This document shows, piece by piece, positions 11,402-26,021 of a stretch of DNA of 64,000 bases (position 1 is the stretch's first letter; every line of letters starts with the position of its first letter). The position numbers and the translations under genes were made by a program. The notes beneath the pieces were generated by a model. That model saw only the letters and a list, made by a program, of their open reading frames with translations. It did not search any database and was not told where the DNA came from. The DNA lies in contig MCFH01000036.1 in NCBI GenBank assembly GCA_002104945.1, positions 124,001 through 188,000 on the forward strand. The letters run 5' to 3'. Origin of the DNA: Piromyces finnis finn (taxonomy: Eukaryota; Fungi; Neocallimastigomycota).

Positions 11402-12560
11402 TTCACTAGTGCTATCATTACTACTATTATTACTTTGACTACTACTACTATTATTATTATTACTATTGGTACAAAAAAATTATAATGTATATTTATAATT
11501 TAATACAAAAGAGTATTAACAACATTAAAAAAAATTAATTCTTTTTCTCATATCAAAAGTACCTCTAATAATATTTACAAAATGGAACACACCTACTTTT
11601 TTCAAACTATTTTTTTTTATTTTTTTTTTTTTTTTTTTATTAATTATATATGCTTAGTTAAATAATAGATTTATTTTCTTTTCTTTTTTTATTCCATTTT
11701 TTAAATAATAATATGCTCTTTTATTTATTACTATGTTTAATAAATAGTACTTCTTTTTTTTTTTAAAAAAAAAAAAATAAACACTATTTAAACAAAAGAT
11801 AATAAAATGTTGAAATGATAAGATATGTTTTTAGATACTAAAAAATTAAAATTTATCTGCAAATAATTTACTTTTATATATGTATTTTTTTTTAACACTA
11901 TAAAAAATTAACACATTATATATAAATTATACTTGAAGTGATAACAAAATAATTAATAGTTCATTATACAAAAACTATATATATATATGAGAAAATTAAA
12001 AAAAGTTTTTTTTTTTTTTAAATGCATAGGTACTTTATAATTATTTAAAGTACCTAGTCATTGTTGATTCCTTTCTTTTTTTTTTCTCTCTTTATATATT
12101 ATTTCTTCCTAGAAAATGATTTACTACAGTTTAACGGGATCTTAGTAAGTCGTCATTTCTAACTAATTTTCTCATTTTAGCCTCTTCCAATTGAAAAATA
12201 AAAAATTAAATACCAAGAAAAACTAGTTAATATTTTACAAGAAAAATAAATTTTTTTGGCGTTTTTTTTTTTTTTTTCAAAAATATTTTTTGATAGGACA
12301 GAAAGAATAGAAATATACTTCTTTACCAAAAATAAATATAGGTTGAATGTAAATCTTTTTCAAAAAAAATTTACTATATACATATATATTACATATGAAT
12401 TATATTGGAATAGTAGTTTACTAATGGCAATGTTGAGGTGTTTGTTATTAAATATCCATCGATATTACTACCCTTTATAAATATATAATTGGTAATAATA
12501 ATTAGTTTAGCAAAATTTATTGCGTTTTCATGAAGGGAATTCTCAAGCCATACATTCAAT

Positions 12561-13574
12561 TTAACAAACTTTTTCGTTTCTAAGACTTATCAATAAGTGA
12601 GCAGCCTCAATATCTTGATTATCATAACCATTAGTATTATCCTCTAAATGATTCATATAATAATTGTTGTTTGGTGAAACAGATAGTGGTGTTGGAATAG
12701 CATGTTCATGATAATGTTGATAATTATTTACAGGGGTATCTGTACTATTCATAATAGATGCAATTGAAGTTTTATTATTTTTTTGTTGGTATCTTCCTTC
12801 ATCATCCGACATGATCATCATATCATTATCTCTATTATCCATATCCATTATGGTATTCATGGTAGGACTATCTTCTTCCTTCATGACAATAGATGGAAGA
12901 TTATTATAATAGTGTTCTGAATTATTTTTTTGGGCCAATGGTGCAGGTAACATTGGTAACTTGCGATCATTGGTAATATTTTGATTCGTGTTATGACTTA
13001 TTTTCATGAGTGGGGAAGGAGAAAAGGATTGACTTAATGGTGGAGAAGAAATGGAAGAAGATGCTATATTTTTCTTTATTGGAATTGGCATAGAAGATGG
13101 TGTCGTCATTTTAAATGTTGGAGAGAGTGTACTCATAGAAGCATTGTTGGTGTTATTACTACAATTATACATGGCTCCATTATTGTTCAGAGTAGGAGTG
13201 GTAGTAGTATTTGAATGGAACATCATAGGTTGTAAAGTAGGTGACATATTAGAAGCAGTAGCATTAATTTTTGTTAAAGCTGGAGCAATAGTAGTAGTAT
13301 ATGGATAGTTTGGACGACTCATAACATTTGGATAAATATTTTGAAAACGTTGATTTTGATTTTTATTTTCATTATTTTGGTGATTTGAACGTCTAGCAGA
13401 ACGAGAAGATGAATTAGCCAATGAAATTGGTCTTGGTTTCTTATGATGCTTATGATATAAACCACAAGCATTACATAAAACTTCCCCCTTATCACCTCTT
13501 CTCCAAAGAGGGGAAGTTCTAGTTTGGCAGACCGTACAAACCATTTCGCCACGTTGTCTCGAGCTTCTGGTCAT
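12561..13574 (-). CDS. GATA-type zinc-finger transcription factor (one N-terminal C-X2-C-X17-C-X2-C finger), 337 aa
   Basis: CTVCQTRTSPLWRRGDKGEVLCNACGLY followed by basic HKHHKKPRP; Asn/Ser/Pro-rich disordered body; C-terminal DIEAAHLLISLR motif. A GTAAGA donor near 13712 may mark a 5'-UTR intron. Confidence 0.95.
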   Translation of the reverse strand: MTRSSRQRGEMVCTVCQTRTSPLWRRGDKGEVLCNACGLYHKHHKKPRPISLANSSSRSARRSNHQNNENKNQNQRFQNIYPNVMSRPNYPYTTTIAPALTKINATASNMSPTLQPMMFHSNTTTTPTLNNNGAMYNCSNNTNNASMSTLSPTFKMTTPSSMPIPIKKNIASSSISSPPLSQSFSPSPLMKISHNTNQNITNDRKLPMLPAPLAQKNNSEHYYNNLPSIVMKEEDSPTMNTIMDMDNRDNDMMIMSDDEGRYQQKNNKTSIASIMNSTDTPVNNYQHYHEHAIPTPLSVSPNNNYYMNHLEDNTNGYDNQDIEAAHLLISLRNEKVC

Positions 13575-15682
13575 TTTGGTCTTCTTTTTAACGGTGACTT
13601 TCTTGTATTGAAGAATTTTGGAAAATTTAAAAAATAAAAAAAAATTGGGGCGGGATAAAAAAATAAATGGTTTTATTACTGAACCGTTTTAAGTTTTATT
13701 GTTTTTTCTTACGAATTGAATACGAATTAATCTCTTTAAACCAATATTTTTTTTTATCTACCGTATACGCAAGTGAAAAAAATAACAAGGATGATAATTT
13801 ATTTATTGATTTTTTTTAATTAAAATATACGATTTTGTGGATTGAGATGTTTTTTTTTTTCTTTTGGTGCTTTATAACTATTTCTCTATACGTTTAATTG
13901 TGTTGTTGTTGTTGCATATAAAGTACAATTATTTTTTTTTCCTACAAAATGAGGTATTTACAAAAAAAAGTTATCCTACTAAATTTATATTTTTAATTAA
14001 TTAAAAAGTAAAAATAAAAAATTGTTTAATAGGAAAATGGGAAAATCGAATCCTTTATATATTATTTTTTAAAATTAAAGTTTCAAGATTAATATCCTAT
14101 TGTTCAATATATTATTTAATATAAATCAAAAAAAGAAATTAATCATCATCAAAAAAAGAAGTTTTTTTTATTTCTTTTTTGTCCATTCCATTCTGATATC
14201 TTTTTAAATTTAATTTAATATGTCATAATATATGGTATAGTGTATTGTATGATATAGTTTCTATTTATTATCAATATTATATAAATATATTTATTTTTAA
14301 ATCCTACAAGAAAGCAAATTTAAAAATAATTAAAAATCTTACAAAAGATAATATATTTAATTCAATGATAATATATGGTAAATTATATCATGAGTTTACT
14401 CTTTCCTAATACTTTTTAAATATGACATGATAATTAATATATGTCAAAATTTATTGATAATATATGAATGGTAAAAAATTATTTCAAATAAAATTAAACA
14501 GCTTGATATTTATTAAGATTAAAAAAGTTTAATTTTTATATTAAATTTTATTTATGCATATATTAATAATATATTAAATATATTACCAATTCAATGTGAA
14601 TTTATGGTGATGGAATTTAATGGATTTATAAATAATATATATCAAATATAAATAATGGTATATAATAGAATACACTAAAATTAACAGTTGATATATATAA
14701 ACATATATATTAAAATATATTTAATTCAAAATTAATGAATGACTTTTAAAAAACATTTGAACTCTAAAAAAGGTTAATGTATATATATTACACTATAATC
14801 TAATATATTATATTTTAGATATTTTTATATATCGCGATTATTTTAAAAAATCTTTCTATTTCTATCCTATATCCTACGAAATGGATCATTATTTTTTCTA
14901 TTCAAATGAAATAAACTATTTAATATATTATCATTAGTATTAATAATATATTTTATTAATATAATTCATATATATTATTTAATATATTATATAATAGAGT
15001 TTAATCAAAAAAAATGAACCTTCATATGATGCCAAAATAACTAAAAATTATTGAATCAATTTGATATTAAATTTAAAATTACTTTATATATTATTAATAT
15101 ATTGTTGCAATATATTTTAAAAGTCAATAGACTTGGCCAGAGTTTCATGCAGTAGTGGTGGTAGGTGGTGGTAGGTGGTATTCATGCAGTAGGAAGACAG
15201 TGAAAATAGTAAAAGTAAAAAATGGTGGAATACTATAAAACAACATAAACAAAGATTTGATTTATTTTTATAAAGTGATGTGCGAATGTGTTGAGGTGCA
15301 AATGTGCTGATGTCAAAAGCATAATATTGGTTTAATTTTTTATATTCCATCATGCAAATAAAAAAATTTTTTTATTTGTTTATCAAAAATTCTAAGCTTG
15401 TTTTTGATCCAGCATGGTTTAGTCAAAAAAAAAAAAAAAAAAAAAAAGATGGTTAATGCTTTTCTTTTCTTTATTTTTAATAATAAAAGGTATTAGTATT
15501 TTAAATTTAACATGAATACTGTTTTTAATGCATTAAACGAAAGTGTTTTCTCTAACAAAAAAGACAATTTAGAATAATGATTAAAAAAAAATCATTTTTA
15601 TTAATTTAATTTAATTTAATTAATAGTAAATTATTTTTTAATTTATCAATAATACTAATAAAAAAAAAAAAAGGCATGGCGA

Positions 15683-15978
15683 CAAGGTCATAGTACATAA
15701 TAGTACATAATAGTATATTACAAGGTCATAGTACATAATAGTACATAATAGTATATTACAAGGTCATAGTACATAATAGTACATAATAGTATATTACAAG
15801 GTCATAGTACATAGTACATAATAGTACATAATAGTATATTACAAGGTCATAGTACATAATAGTACATAATAGTATATTACAAGGTCATAGTACATAATAG
15901 TACATAATAGTATATTACAAGGTCATAGTACATAATAGTATGATAAATAATTCAAAATCATAGTACATAATAGTATAT
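15683..15978. repeat. 38-bp minisatellite, about 7 copies, built from a 10-bp subunit (tagtacataa)
   Basis: Unit caaggtcatagtacataatagtacataatagtatatta at 15683, 15721, 15759, 15797 (45-bp variant), 15842, 15880 and 15918 (partial). Confidence 0.95.
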
Positions 15979-18803
15979 ATAGAATTATAGATAGATAGTG
16001 TTTCTTTTTATTATTATAACTATTAAAAGATATTATATGCTTTTTTTTTTTGGAATATAAGTATGTTTTTTTTTTTTAAATAAATGATCCTATTCAATTT
16101 ATTTGTTGATTTAAAAATAATAATTTGTTATTGTTAAATAAAGAAAATAATGACAATGATCGTAGGTGATGGTGATGATGCCTAGTCAAACAAAACAAAT
16201 GATGAATTTAAGAAAAAATGCACAAATGAATGAATGAATGAATGAATTGTTAAAAAAAAAGAGAGATAAACATAATACAATATGTATAAAGAAAATGAAT
16301 GGTCGTGGTATTATGAATAATTTTAATGATGATAAAAATAGAACAAATATAAAACTTTAATAATTAAAAAAAAAAAAAAAAAAAACTGTTTTATTATTAT
16401 ATTAAAAAAAAAACCATCAATCTTTAAATCATTGATTTAAACTACAAAAAAGTATTTTTAACCAATTTTTAAGGATTTAATCAAAAAAATATAATAAATA
16501 GATTAACAAATATTATATATTTTTACTTTTTATTTATTAAAAAGAATTTATTATTTCATTTAGTAATGATCATTTTTTGTTTGTTCTTGTTATTTTTCAT
16601 TTATAAATACACACCACTAAACATTCAACACACACACCAAAACATTAAAACACACCAAGTAACTTTTTTGTTTTTATTAAATTAAAATTAAAAAAAAAAA
16701 AAAAAAAAAAGGACTATGGGGGAAGGACAGATGGATTAAAAAGATTAAGAATTCATACATTTAATTTAAAATAGTAATTTATTTATTTATTATTTATTCA
16801 TTCATTAAATTTAAATTCATGATCCCGTGTAACGATGATTGTTGACGGTGGACCATTAAAAATGAAATTAAATGTCATTTATTTTTTTGATAAAAATGGA
16901 AATGAATTTTAATTTAATTCTACCATATATTAATTAATTTATTTCTTTCATTCTTTCATATATTATTTAATTTCATTTATTTTTAAAAAGACGCCAAAAA
17001 AATATTAAAAAAAAAAAAAGATGATGGTAGAATAGTGTGCCTTCATAAGGTAGAACTACCCTATTACTACTATCTACATTATATCTATCTACATTATACA
17101 AGTAGTTATAATAGTGGTATTAACACAGTAACGTAATATGTTTTTATTTTGGCAATATTGCACTATTTTTCCACATTTAGAGATTACTATTGTTGTTTTC
17201 ATAAAAATGAAATTATAATTCACATCCTAATAAAATATAGATTAGAATAAATTAAAATGCATTTTTTTAACCATGACATATTTAGGAGATGTGGTTCATC
17301 TTTGTTGTTGTTGTTGTTGTTGTTCAAATTGTAGTGGCTATGGTGGTTATGGTGGTTATAGTAAATAATGAAAAAATAAAGTTGGTGTGATGGGGAAGTT
17401 TGATTGGTATTAAACAATAAAAATAAAAAACTTTAAAAAGTCTTTACTAACAACAAGAATCAGTCAAAATAACAAAAATAAAACCAAACTTTTAAACTTT
17501 TTTTAATTTAGATCTTTACATTAAAAAAAAAAAAAAAAAGGTATTAGTAATAAAAATAATAAAAACTTTAATTTTGACATTTTGATCTGTTTAATTTCCA
17601 CTTTTTCCACATCTTATTTAAAGGTATGAAATTTCATTTTTTTTTTAAAAAAATAAAATAAAACATAGGATAAATAAAAAGATTCTTTCTTTTTTCATAT
17701 CACTTGTACTTTCCTATTAACCTAGACTTTTTCATTGTTGCTTTCTTTTACGTCAAAGTGATCTTTTTTTTTGTTAAAAATTTTTAATCATTTAATTTCC
17801 TAATTAGGAAATTCATATCACTACACCACTCTATATAAATAAAGTTTATTGTCATTCATATTGAAATATTTAAAATGAACCAATAAAGTTTATATAAATA
17901 ATTTAAATTATAATGTTAATATATGGAATAATATTAATAAATTTATTCTATAGAAAAATTCTTCTAAATAGTTAATGAATGTATAATTAGTCGTTTAAAT
18001 AAATATTTTATTATAATATTAATGAATAAATAAATAAATATATAAATAAATCATTAGGAATCATTACTAATAAAATGGAAATCAAAATGATTAATGAATC
18101 GTTCCATTAATTCTGTATTTTTTTTATTATTCTATTGAATTCTTTACTAGGCGTCATCTTGGTAAGAAAAAAAAATTTAGTGGTGGTTGTTTATAGGCTA
18201 ATATTGTAATCTAATCGATGGTAGAATAATCTTTGGAAAAAAAAAATAAATAAAATAATCATAAAATGTTAGGCTTACAAGTGAAAAAGAATGGCATGAA
18301 ATTAAATTCTAATGAACACCATCAATACTATGAATACTGTCATCAACTAGAGCATTATCAACAATTCACCACAGACTGTTAATATTTATTTAGTTAACTA
18401 GTTATATATTCATTTATTTTTATTAGTATTTATTTATTCATTCACTTACTTTTATTATCTTTTATCTTTTTTTTTATTTTATCATTTTTTCATTCTCTGA
18501 AAATAAACTAAAAATTTATTGATTTAATTATTAATATATGGTAATTGATATAGTATTCTGATTTTATCATTTATTATCAATTTATTATAAATATATTAAC
18601 TAATAAATTGTAATTTATTTAATTAAAAATGAATGGATATTGGCATGGCATTAAATAAATTGTTTTTTTTGTTGATTAAATTATTTCTAAAAAAGGAAAT
18701 TTTCTATTTAAAATGAAAAAGATTCAAAAAAAAAAAAAAAAAGGCATCAAGGAAAAGGGATGGTGAGAAGAAAGACAGGTAATAAAGAAAAAGTATATAA
18801 ATA

Positions 18804-19030
18804 GCATTGAGGTCATTGAGGTCATTGAAGTTATAGATGACATAAAGTTCATTGAGGTCATGGACGGCATTGAGGTCGTTGAAGTTATAGATGACATAAA
18901 GTTCATTGAGGTCATGGACGGCATTGAGGTCGTTGAAGTTATAGATGACATAAAGTTCATTGAGGTCATGGACGGCATTGAGGTCGTTGAAGTTATAGAT
19001 GACATAAAGTTCATTGAGGTCATGGAGGTC
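18804..19030. repeat. 54-bp minisatellite, about 4 copies, built from degenerate 9-bp subunits
   Basis: Unit gcattgaggtcgttgaagttatagatgacataaagttcattgaggtcatggacg; produces the repetitive ORFs 18724-19110 (-) and 18860-19045 (+). Confidence 0.95.
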
Positions 19031-21035
19031 TCATTAATGAAATAAGAAAAAGATTCAAGCTTGTTTCTGAGAAAATATCCTTTTTTACTCCAAAGTAGAT
19101 AGGACATCATTAGTCATGATCAAAGAGAAACAAGTTACACTTTACACAATTAACAATACAATGAATTATGGTGTGAAGGAATGGATAGAATAAAGAAATA
19201 AGCAAGATGATATTCAAAGGGTTAGTTGACTAGGTTATGGAAAAAGAAGGAAAAGGCGTTTTTTTTTTATTAGGAAAGGATGACTAATAAAAAAAAAATT
19301 AAATTAAAATTTGAATTTTTACAAGAAATAGATATAGTAAATATTTAATGGTAGAATTATTTATTTTTTCGCTACAAACACTCTTTTCTTTTTTTTTTTT
19401 TTTTAATTCACTACCTACAATCATTGACATCCTTTAAAGTATCCTTCGTCAACTCTCAGCTACCATATACAGTCCGTTGTAAATCTCACGTTTATCCAAC
19501 TTTTTTTTACATTTTTTTTGTCTATTTATTCATTTATTATACAATCAATTGTTCAATATATTAAATAAAATTAAATATAATATAATTTTAAATTAATTAT
19601 TTCTATTGAATTGATAAATGAAATAATAAAAAAAACAATTTAAAGTTTTGATCTGATGATATTGAAAAAAATGAACAAATTTTATTTTATATTAAATATA
19701 TTATTATAAATAGGTTGTATTTACTTTTATATATTAGTAATATATTAGTATTATATGATAACTTGAATTAGTAATTAAAATATAAAAAAATGGCAAAAAG
19801 GAAATAAAAATAAATTAAAAAAAATTACAGAAAAAAATAAAAAATTTTTAACCTAAATATTATAAATAGGATATAAAAAGAATAGAACATGGATAGCAGC
19901 ATTATTGTTATTGCTAATGCTACCGTTGTTTCTATCACTGTCAGTAGAATCAAAGTTGTTTAAAGAATAAAAAGGCAGTATAGGGAAAAAGAAAGAAATA
20001 AAAAAAAAAAACTATCAAAAAAATCAATTGCTAAATTAAAGATTTAAAAAAAGTTTAATTTTTTTTAATTTATTTTATATCAATATTTATTTATATATTC
20101 AATTGAATTGAATTAATTAAAAATAATAAAATTTTAAAAACTTTAAAATGTTTATTTCTAATAGAAAAAATATAAATCACTGTTTTATGATGTGGCGTAT
20201 CTACTTAAATATGGAGTTAGATTTTTAATTTTATATAAATTATAATTTTAAAGTGCGGCTCATTCATTGTAAATAAATAAAATTTGATCGTATCCTTTTT
20301 TCAAAAAAAAAAAAGGGCAGGAAGGAAATAGGCAGAATTTTAAAAGTTTTAACCTAAGAGAGTCATGGTATAGTAAAAAAAAAGAATGAAAGAATAGTTT
20401 TAAATAAAAACTTTTTTTTTAAAAAAAAAAAAGAGTTTTTTTGATTCTGTTTAATTGTACAAGATATTCAAGGTAAAAATGCCCATCTAGTTGAATGGTA
20501 TTGGAAATAATTCTTTTAAATAATTATTAAAGAAAAAAAAAAAGATTGAATTATTGGGCTATACATTTAGTCTGATAATGGTTGGATATAAAAACCTGTA
20601 TTTTTTTTTTACTTTACTTCATCAATAATGCCTTTATCTGATAAAATTTTCATAATTAAATGAACGAATAATATTAATATAAATAAATATATTAGTATTT
20701 AATTTAATAAATGTATTCTATTCTATTAAATAAATCATTGATTTCCATGCTATCCTTTTTCAGCAAAATTAAGAAATTAAAAAAGTTATCTTTTTTGAAA
20801 ATAATTTATTTAATAATATGTGTATAATATATGGTATAATAATTATTAATATATAATTCAATACGATTTTATAAATCAAAAATTTAAATAGACACCAATA
20901 AACAAAAAACCATTTTTAGGCCTCATGATGAAGTGTTTAAAAAAAAAAAAAAGAATGACGATGATGAACTTGGTCGTAGTTAGTGGTAGTAGTTAGTATA
21001 AAAAATTTTAAATAGTGAAATTATTCGTAATGAAA

Positions 21036-21066
<31 letters not shown>

Positions 21067-24000
21067 ATGGTCAAACTTTACTTTCTTTGAGTAGATTCAT
21101 GGTTAGTCAAAAAAAAACATTTTTTTTTTAGTTATATAAAAAAAAAAAGTTATCAATCTGTATTTTTTTATTTGATTAATTAATTAATATATTATACTAT
21201 ATATTACAATATACTGTAATTTAATTTAAATGAAAACTTTTTTTATTATAAAATGGACATTTTTAATAATATGATAAAAAAATGGATTAAAAAATAATTT
21301 AATTTATAATATATTATTCAATTTATTTGAATATATTAAACTAGAATCAATGTATATATAAATAATATATGATAAAATAAAAAAAATTATGGGACAAAAT
21401 ATTGATGTAAAACTAAAAAAGGCTTTTTAAAATTATAATGATGATCGTAACAAAAGTGGTAACGGAGGGTAGCGAAATTCATTAATAAAATAAATCACAT
21501 TAACACAACACTATGAAGGTAGCGAAATTCATAGTCATTGAAGTGGCATTTAAAAAATGATAATTGGAATGACAATTAGAATAGTGATGTTGCTAAAAAA
21601 AAAATAATAAATAGTATGGATAAACTATAAAAAAAATAGAAAAAAAGTATCTTTTGGATGCAACTTTACCCAATAAAATTCAATATTGCTCAAATCCTAT
21701 TTGGTAAATAAATATAAAAGTTAAAAAAAAAAAAAGAGATGATTGAATTAAAAGGAATAAACAAATATCATTTTCTAATAGAATAGGTACATTCTTTTAA
21801 ATCATTCTTTGAAGAACCTATTCTTTTTGTTTCAAAATAAAAGCTTTTTTATCATTTGAAATAATTACTAATAAATAATTCACTTTTTTTTTTATTGTTG
21901 GTTGGTCATTGCAAAAAAAAAGAATATTTAAAAAAAAAGTTTTATAATTTATAAAATAAACTAATTATCACATAAAACTATTCTCTTTTCATTTCTTTTC
22001 TATTCTAGAACGGTAGTTAAAAAAATTAATATTCAAAGTCTTTTATTTTTAAATGGATCATCCTTTTGTACAAATGATCGAATGTAACAAAAAATATGAA
22101 AAATGTTTACATTTAAATTTTTTTTGATAAATTAAAAATAATTAAATTTATTATGAAATAAAGTTTAAATTTTATATTAATTGATCTTGAAAATAGATTA
22201 AATTATATTAAAATAATATATTAAAAATGGATGGAAGGGAAATGTTTTAATTTATATTAAAAAAAGATGGCTTACAAAAAATTATGACTTTTATTTGATA
22301 TAGAAAGAAAGAAAGAAATGATTCCTAATGATAAAAATACAAATATTAGGGTGTATTGATTCTTTCATTCTTTTATAATAGGAAATAATATTTTATTTTT
22401 ATTAAAAATAAAGTATTTTACCTTTATTTAATTGTATTTTTTTTATTTCTTTTTTTTTATTTCATCAAAAAAAAATAAATAAAATAAAATAAAAATATTT
22501 GAAATTTAAAGTTATTAAAATTTTACATTTATGGTATAATTTAATAGAGTAATATATTCTAATATAATTCCAATATATATTAAATTTAGATTAAAATTTT
22601 TTAAAAATAATAATAAAATAGATTAAATATATTACTATATATATTAGAGTCAATTAAATTCTATTAATTATTTTAATTCAATGCAGTCTTTTTTAATAAA
22701 AAAAATTTGATAAAAAAAAAACAAAAGTCCAAAAAAGGAAATTATTAAAAAAATGATAAAAAAAAAAACATTTTCCTACAAGGCAAAAAAAGACAAGCAA
22801 CAATAAAAAAAAGTAGGAAAACAAGAAAGCAGCAAGCAAAAGTAAGCAAAAGAAATAAGAAAAGAATTGTAAAACAAAGAATATATATAGATTTTTTTTC
22901 GTTTATTTGTATTATCTTTTTTTTTATTTCCTAAAACTATTTTATTTTTAAAAAAAATTATATATCCTCTATGGATTATTTTAATCTTTTTTATATTTAA
23001 ATATTTTTAAAGTTTAATCTAAAAAAAAAAAAAATAATAGAATTAATAATCATCAACATCTTTTTTTACTATTATTATTATTTAAAATTGGATTGTCAAA
23101 AACGGACTACTTTCAAACTCAATATTGAATAAAATGACATTAAGCTTTTAAATTTACCTTTTTTTTTTTTCTAATTATTAGGAATTTAAACTTTTTTCTA
23201 ATTTATAAAAGCTAATTTAATTAAAAAAATGTAGGTGTAAATTCTGACTCTAATCCTAGCCATTAATTCTGGTGAATACTAAATAGGTAAATAGTAATGC
23301 TAAATAATTAATGATAATTAATAATAATGATACTAAATAATTAAGATTAATGTCATTCTTCTTTAATGCTGTTTTTTTATAATTAAAAGAATCCTATTTA
23401 TTTATCTTTTAGTTTTTTTTATTGATTTTCTTTTTAATCTTCACTTTTTTATTATTATTTTTTTTTTTATTCTTATTTTTTATACTCTTGAAGTTAATTA
23501 TAATCCCAAAATTGATAATTCATTTTTTATCATCCCAACGGTTATTATACCTATCCTATTTTAAAAAAAGTTAAAAATAGTTATATTATATATATATTCT
23601 TAATCTTCTTAAATAATAATAAAATATTATTATTATTATTATTAATTGCTATGGCTATTGGTGGAAAACTCTTTTTTTATTCCTACTATCTACTTTTCCC
23701 TTTTTCCTAACCCTTTTATTGATATTTTCTTATCATTTTTCTGTTGATTACATTTGATCTTTCATAACTACATTTATCTACATAATGTATACATTATTTG
23801 CGATTTACTAATAAAATTTCCTTTTTATTTGTAGAAGGAATCTGTCAAAATTTTAATTTACCTTGGAAGCGGAATTAGCGGATGATTCTATTATTAATAT
23901 AATCAATAGAAAATAATATATTTTACATTATATTGTAATATATAGAAATTTCAAATTTAATGTCAAACATTTTTACAGAATGAAAAACTTTAATTTATAA

Positions 24001-24223
24001 TAAAAAAAATAAAAAATCTTTAAATTTTAATTTCTTAATCTGATTTATTAATATTTAGTAGTCAAAAAAGTGAACTTTACTAGAGAGTCATTGTAACGAG
24101 ATTAGTGATACTAACAAAATGATCCTAGGTAACATTTAATAAAGAATAAAAAAAAATGAAGGAATAAAAAACAATAATTATAATACTTTTATTGAATCAA
24201 CATTCTTGTTGTAGATGCTGGTC

Positions 24224-24261
<38 letters not shown>

Positions 24262-24694
24262 AAATATGAAATCATAGAATAACAAAATCTAAATTTTTTA
24301 AAGGCATGGAAAAAAGGTAAAGTTATAGAAAATGCCAATAATAATATTGTACATAATTATAATTGTTAGTATCAATAAAATAATAATAATAATAATAATA
24401 AAATTCAACCTTATTTCTATTAATAAAAGAAAAAGTAAAAAAAAAAAAAAAAAAAATTAAATAAATATTTTTCTTTTGATTTCTTGGTGGTGTTTATGTG
24501 TGTGTTATTTAAAGTTTATTTTTTTTTTTAAAAAGTGTCATTTGATCTTGAGAATTTTTATGGTTATTATAATTTTATTTATCATTGATAATGAAATTCA
24601 TTTTTATTTTATTGTTGCACTTGTTGTGTGTAGTAGTTCATTATGAAATAAATAATTTTTTTCAAATGAAATTTATAAAGTAGGTGAATAATAA

Positions 24695-24810
24695 TAAGAA
24701 TAATAAGAATTAGAATAATAATAATAAATAATAATAATAATAATAAATAATAATAATAATAATAAATAATAATAATAACAATTATTATTATTATTGTTGT
24801 TGTTGTTTAA
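24695..24810. repeat. Imperfect (AAT)n microsatellite switching to (ATT/GTT)n
   Basis: Direct reading of the sequence. Confidence 0.85.
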
Positions 24811-25990
24811 TTTTAAAGTAAAGACAAAAAAGTCTTTTAATTAGAATAAGAAAAAAAAATAAAAATATCAAAATAATTAAAATAATTAGTATTCGATGAT
24901 ATAAATTAACTATTCTAAAAATAAAAGTAAAATTATAAAATGATAAAGGGTCGTATCTTAAATTTTTAAGGTTATTATTATTTATTATTATTAGTTTTTT
25001 TTTATTATCTAAACTCTATATTTAATTTTTTTACTAAAATAAAATATTTACAGTTTTAGGTATTTTTTATAAATAGAAAAATATTGGGAAAAAAAAAGAG
25101 ATCTATTAAATAGCAAAGAAAAAGTTTATTTATTATTATCATTTTATATTAAAACTTTTTTTTTTTTTTTTTACTTTTTTTTCTTATTATTAGTAAATAT
25201 GGATTAAAATAAAAATATTTAAAATTTATATATAATTTATATATAAAATATTCATATTTATAATTAATTCTTTCTTTCATATTCAATATTATATTTTAAT
25301 TATTAAACAAAATTAAACCTTTTTTTTTTTTTCTTGTCCATATTAATTATATTATTGGAAAAAAAAAACTTTGAATATATGAAAAAAGTTTAGAATCTAT
25401 AAAGTTTTTAATGTTTTTTTTTTAATATATATAGCTTTATTTTTTTGTAAATGATGAAAAGTATATAGTATACGTCTACCTTTTTATCTTTTTTTTTTTT
25501 TTTTAATTAAATAATTAAAGAAAAAAAAATAATATAGATTAAAATATAAATCTTCATTTTTTTTTTATTTATTTTTAGAAAAATAAAAATTTTAATACAC
25601 AACTCTATTATAAATACTTTTTATTTTTGAATATTAACTTTATAAATTTCTCCATCGTCGTTGTTAAATGCATTAGAAAGGTTTAATCCTCCTTTATTAA
25701 TTTTTTTTTTTCTTTTTAATAATTAAAATTAAAAATAAAAATTAATAAATTTAATTTTAAAAAGTTTATTTTTTTTTTCATTTGGCAAAAAAACTTTTTT
25801 TTTCTTTTATAAAGATTAAAATAATTACAATGTATATATTTTTATTAAACTTTTAATGTAGGAAGGAAAGAAGGAAAGGAAAAAGGAAAAAAATATTTAA
25901 ATTTGAATTAATCTTTAATGATATTAAAAAAAATTAAACAGACTGAATATCAAAAAATAAATAATTTTTAATTTTTATTATTATTATCTC

Positions 25991-26021
<31 letters not shown>

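Noticed and set aside
11385-11410. Helitron-like 3' end (small hairpin then CTAGT)
   Set aside because: The hairpin is only 3-4 bp, the 7309 copy lacks the CTAG, and there is no Rep/helicase remnant.
15683-15690. CAAGGTCA as a nuclear-receptor half-site
   Set aside because: Fungi lack nuclear receptors; the match carries no functional implication by itself.
15683-15978. CRISPR-like periodicity of the 38-bp array (also the 69-bp and 124-bp units)
   Set aside because: Head-to-tail repeats with no unique spacers, no cas genes, eukaryotic context.
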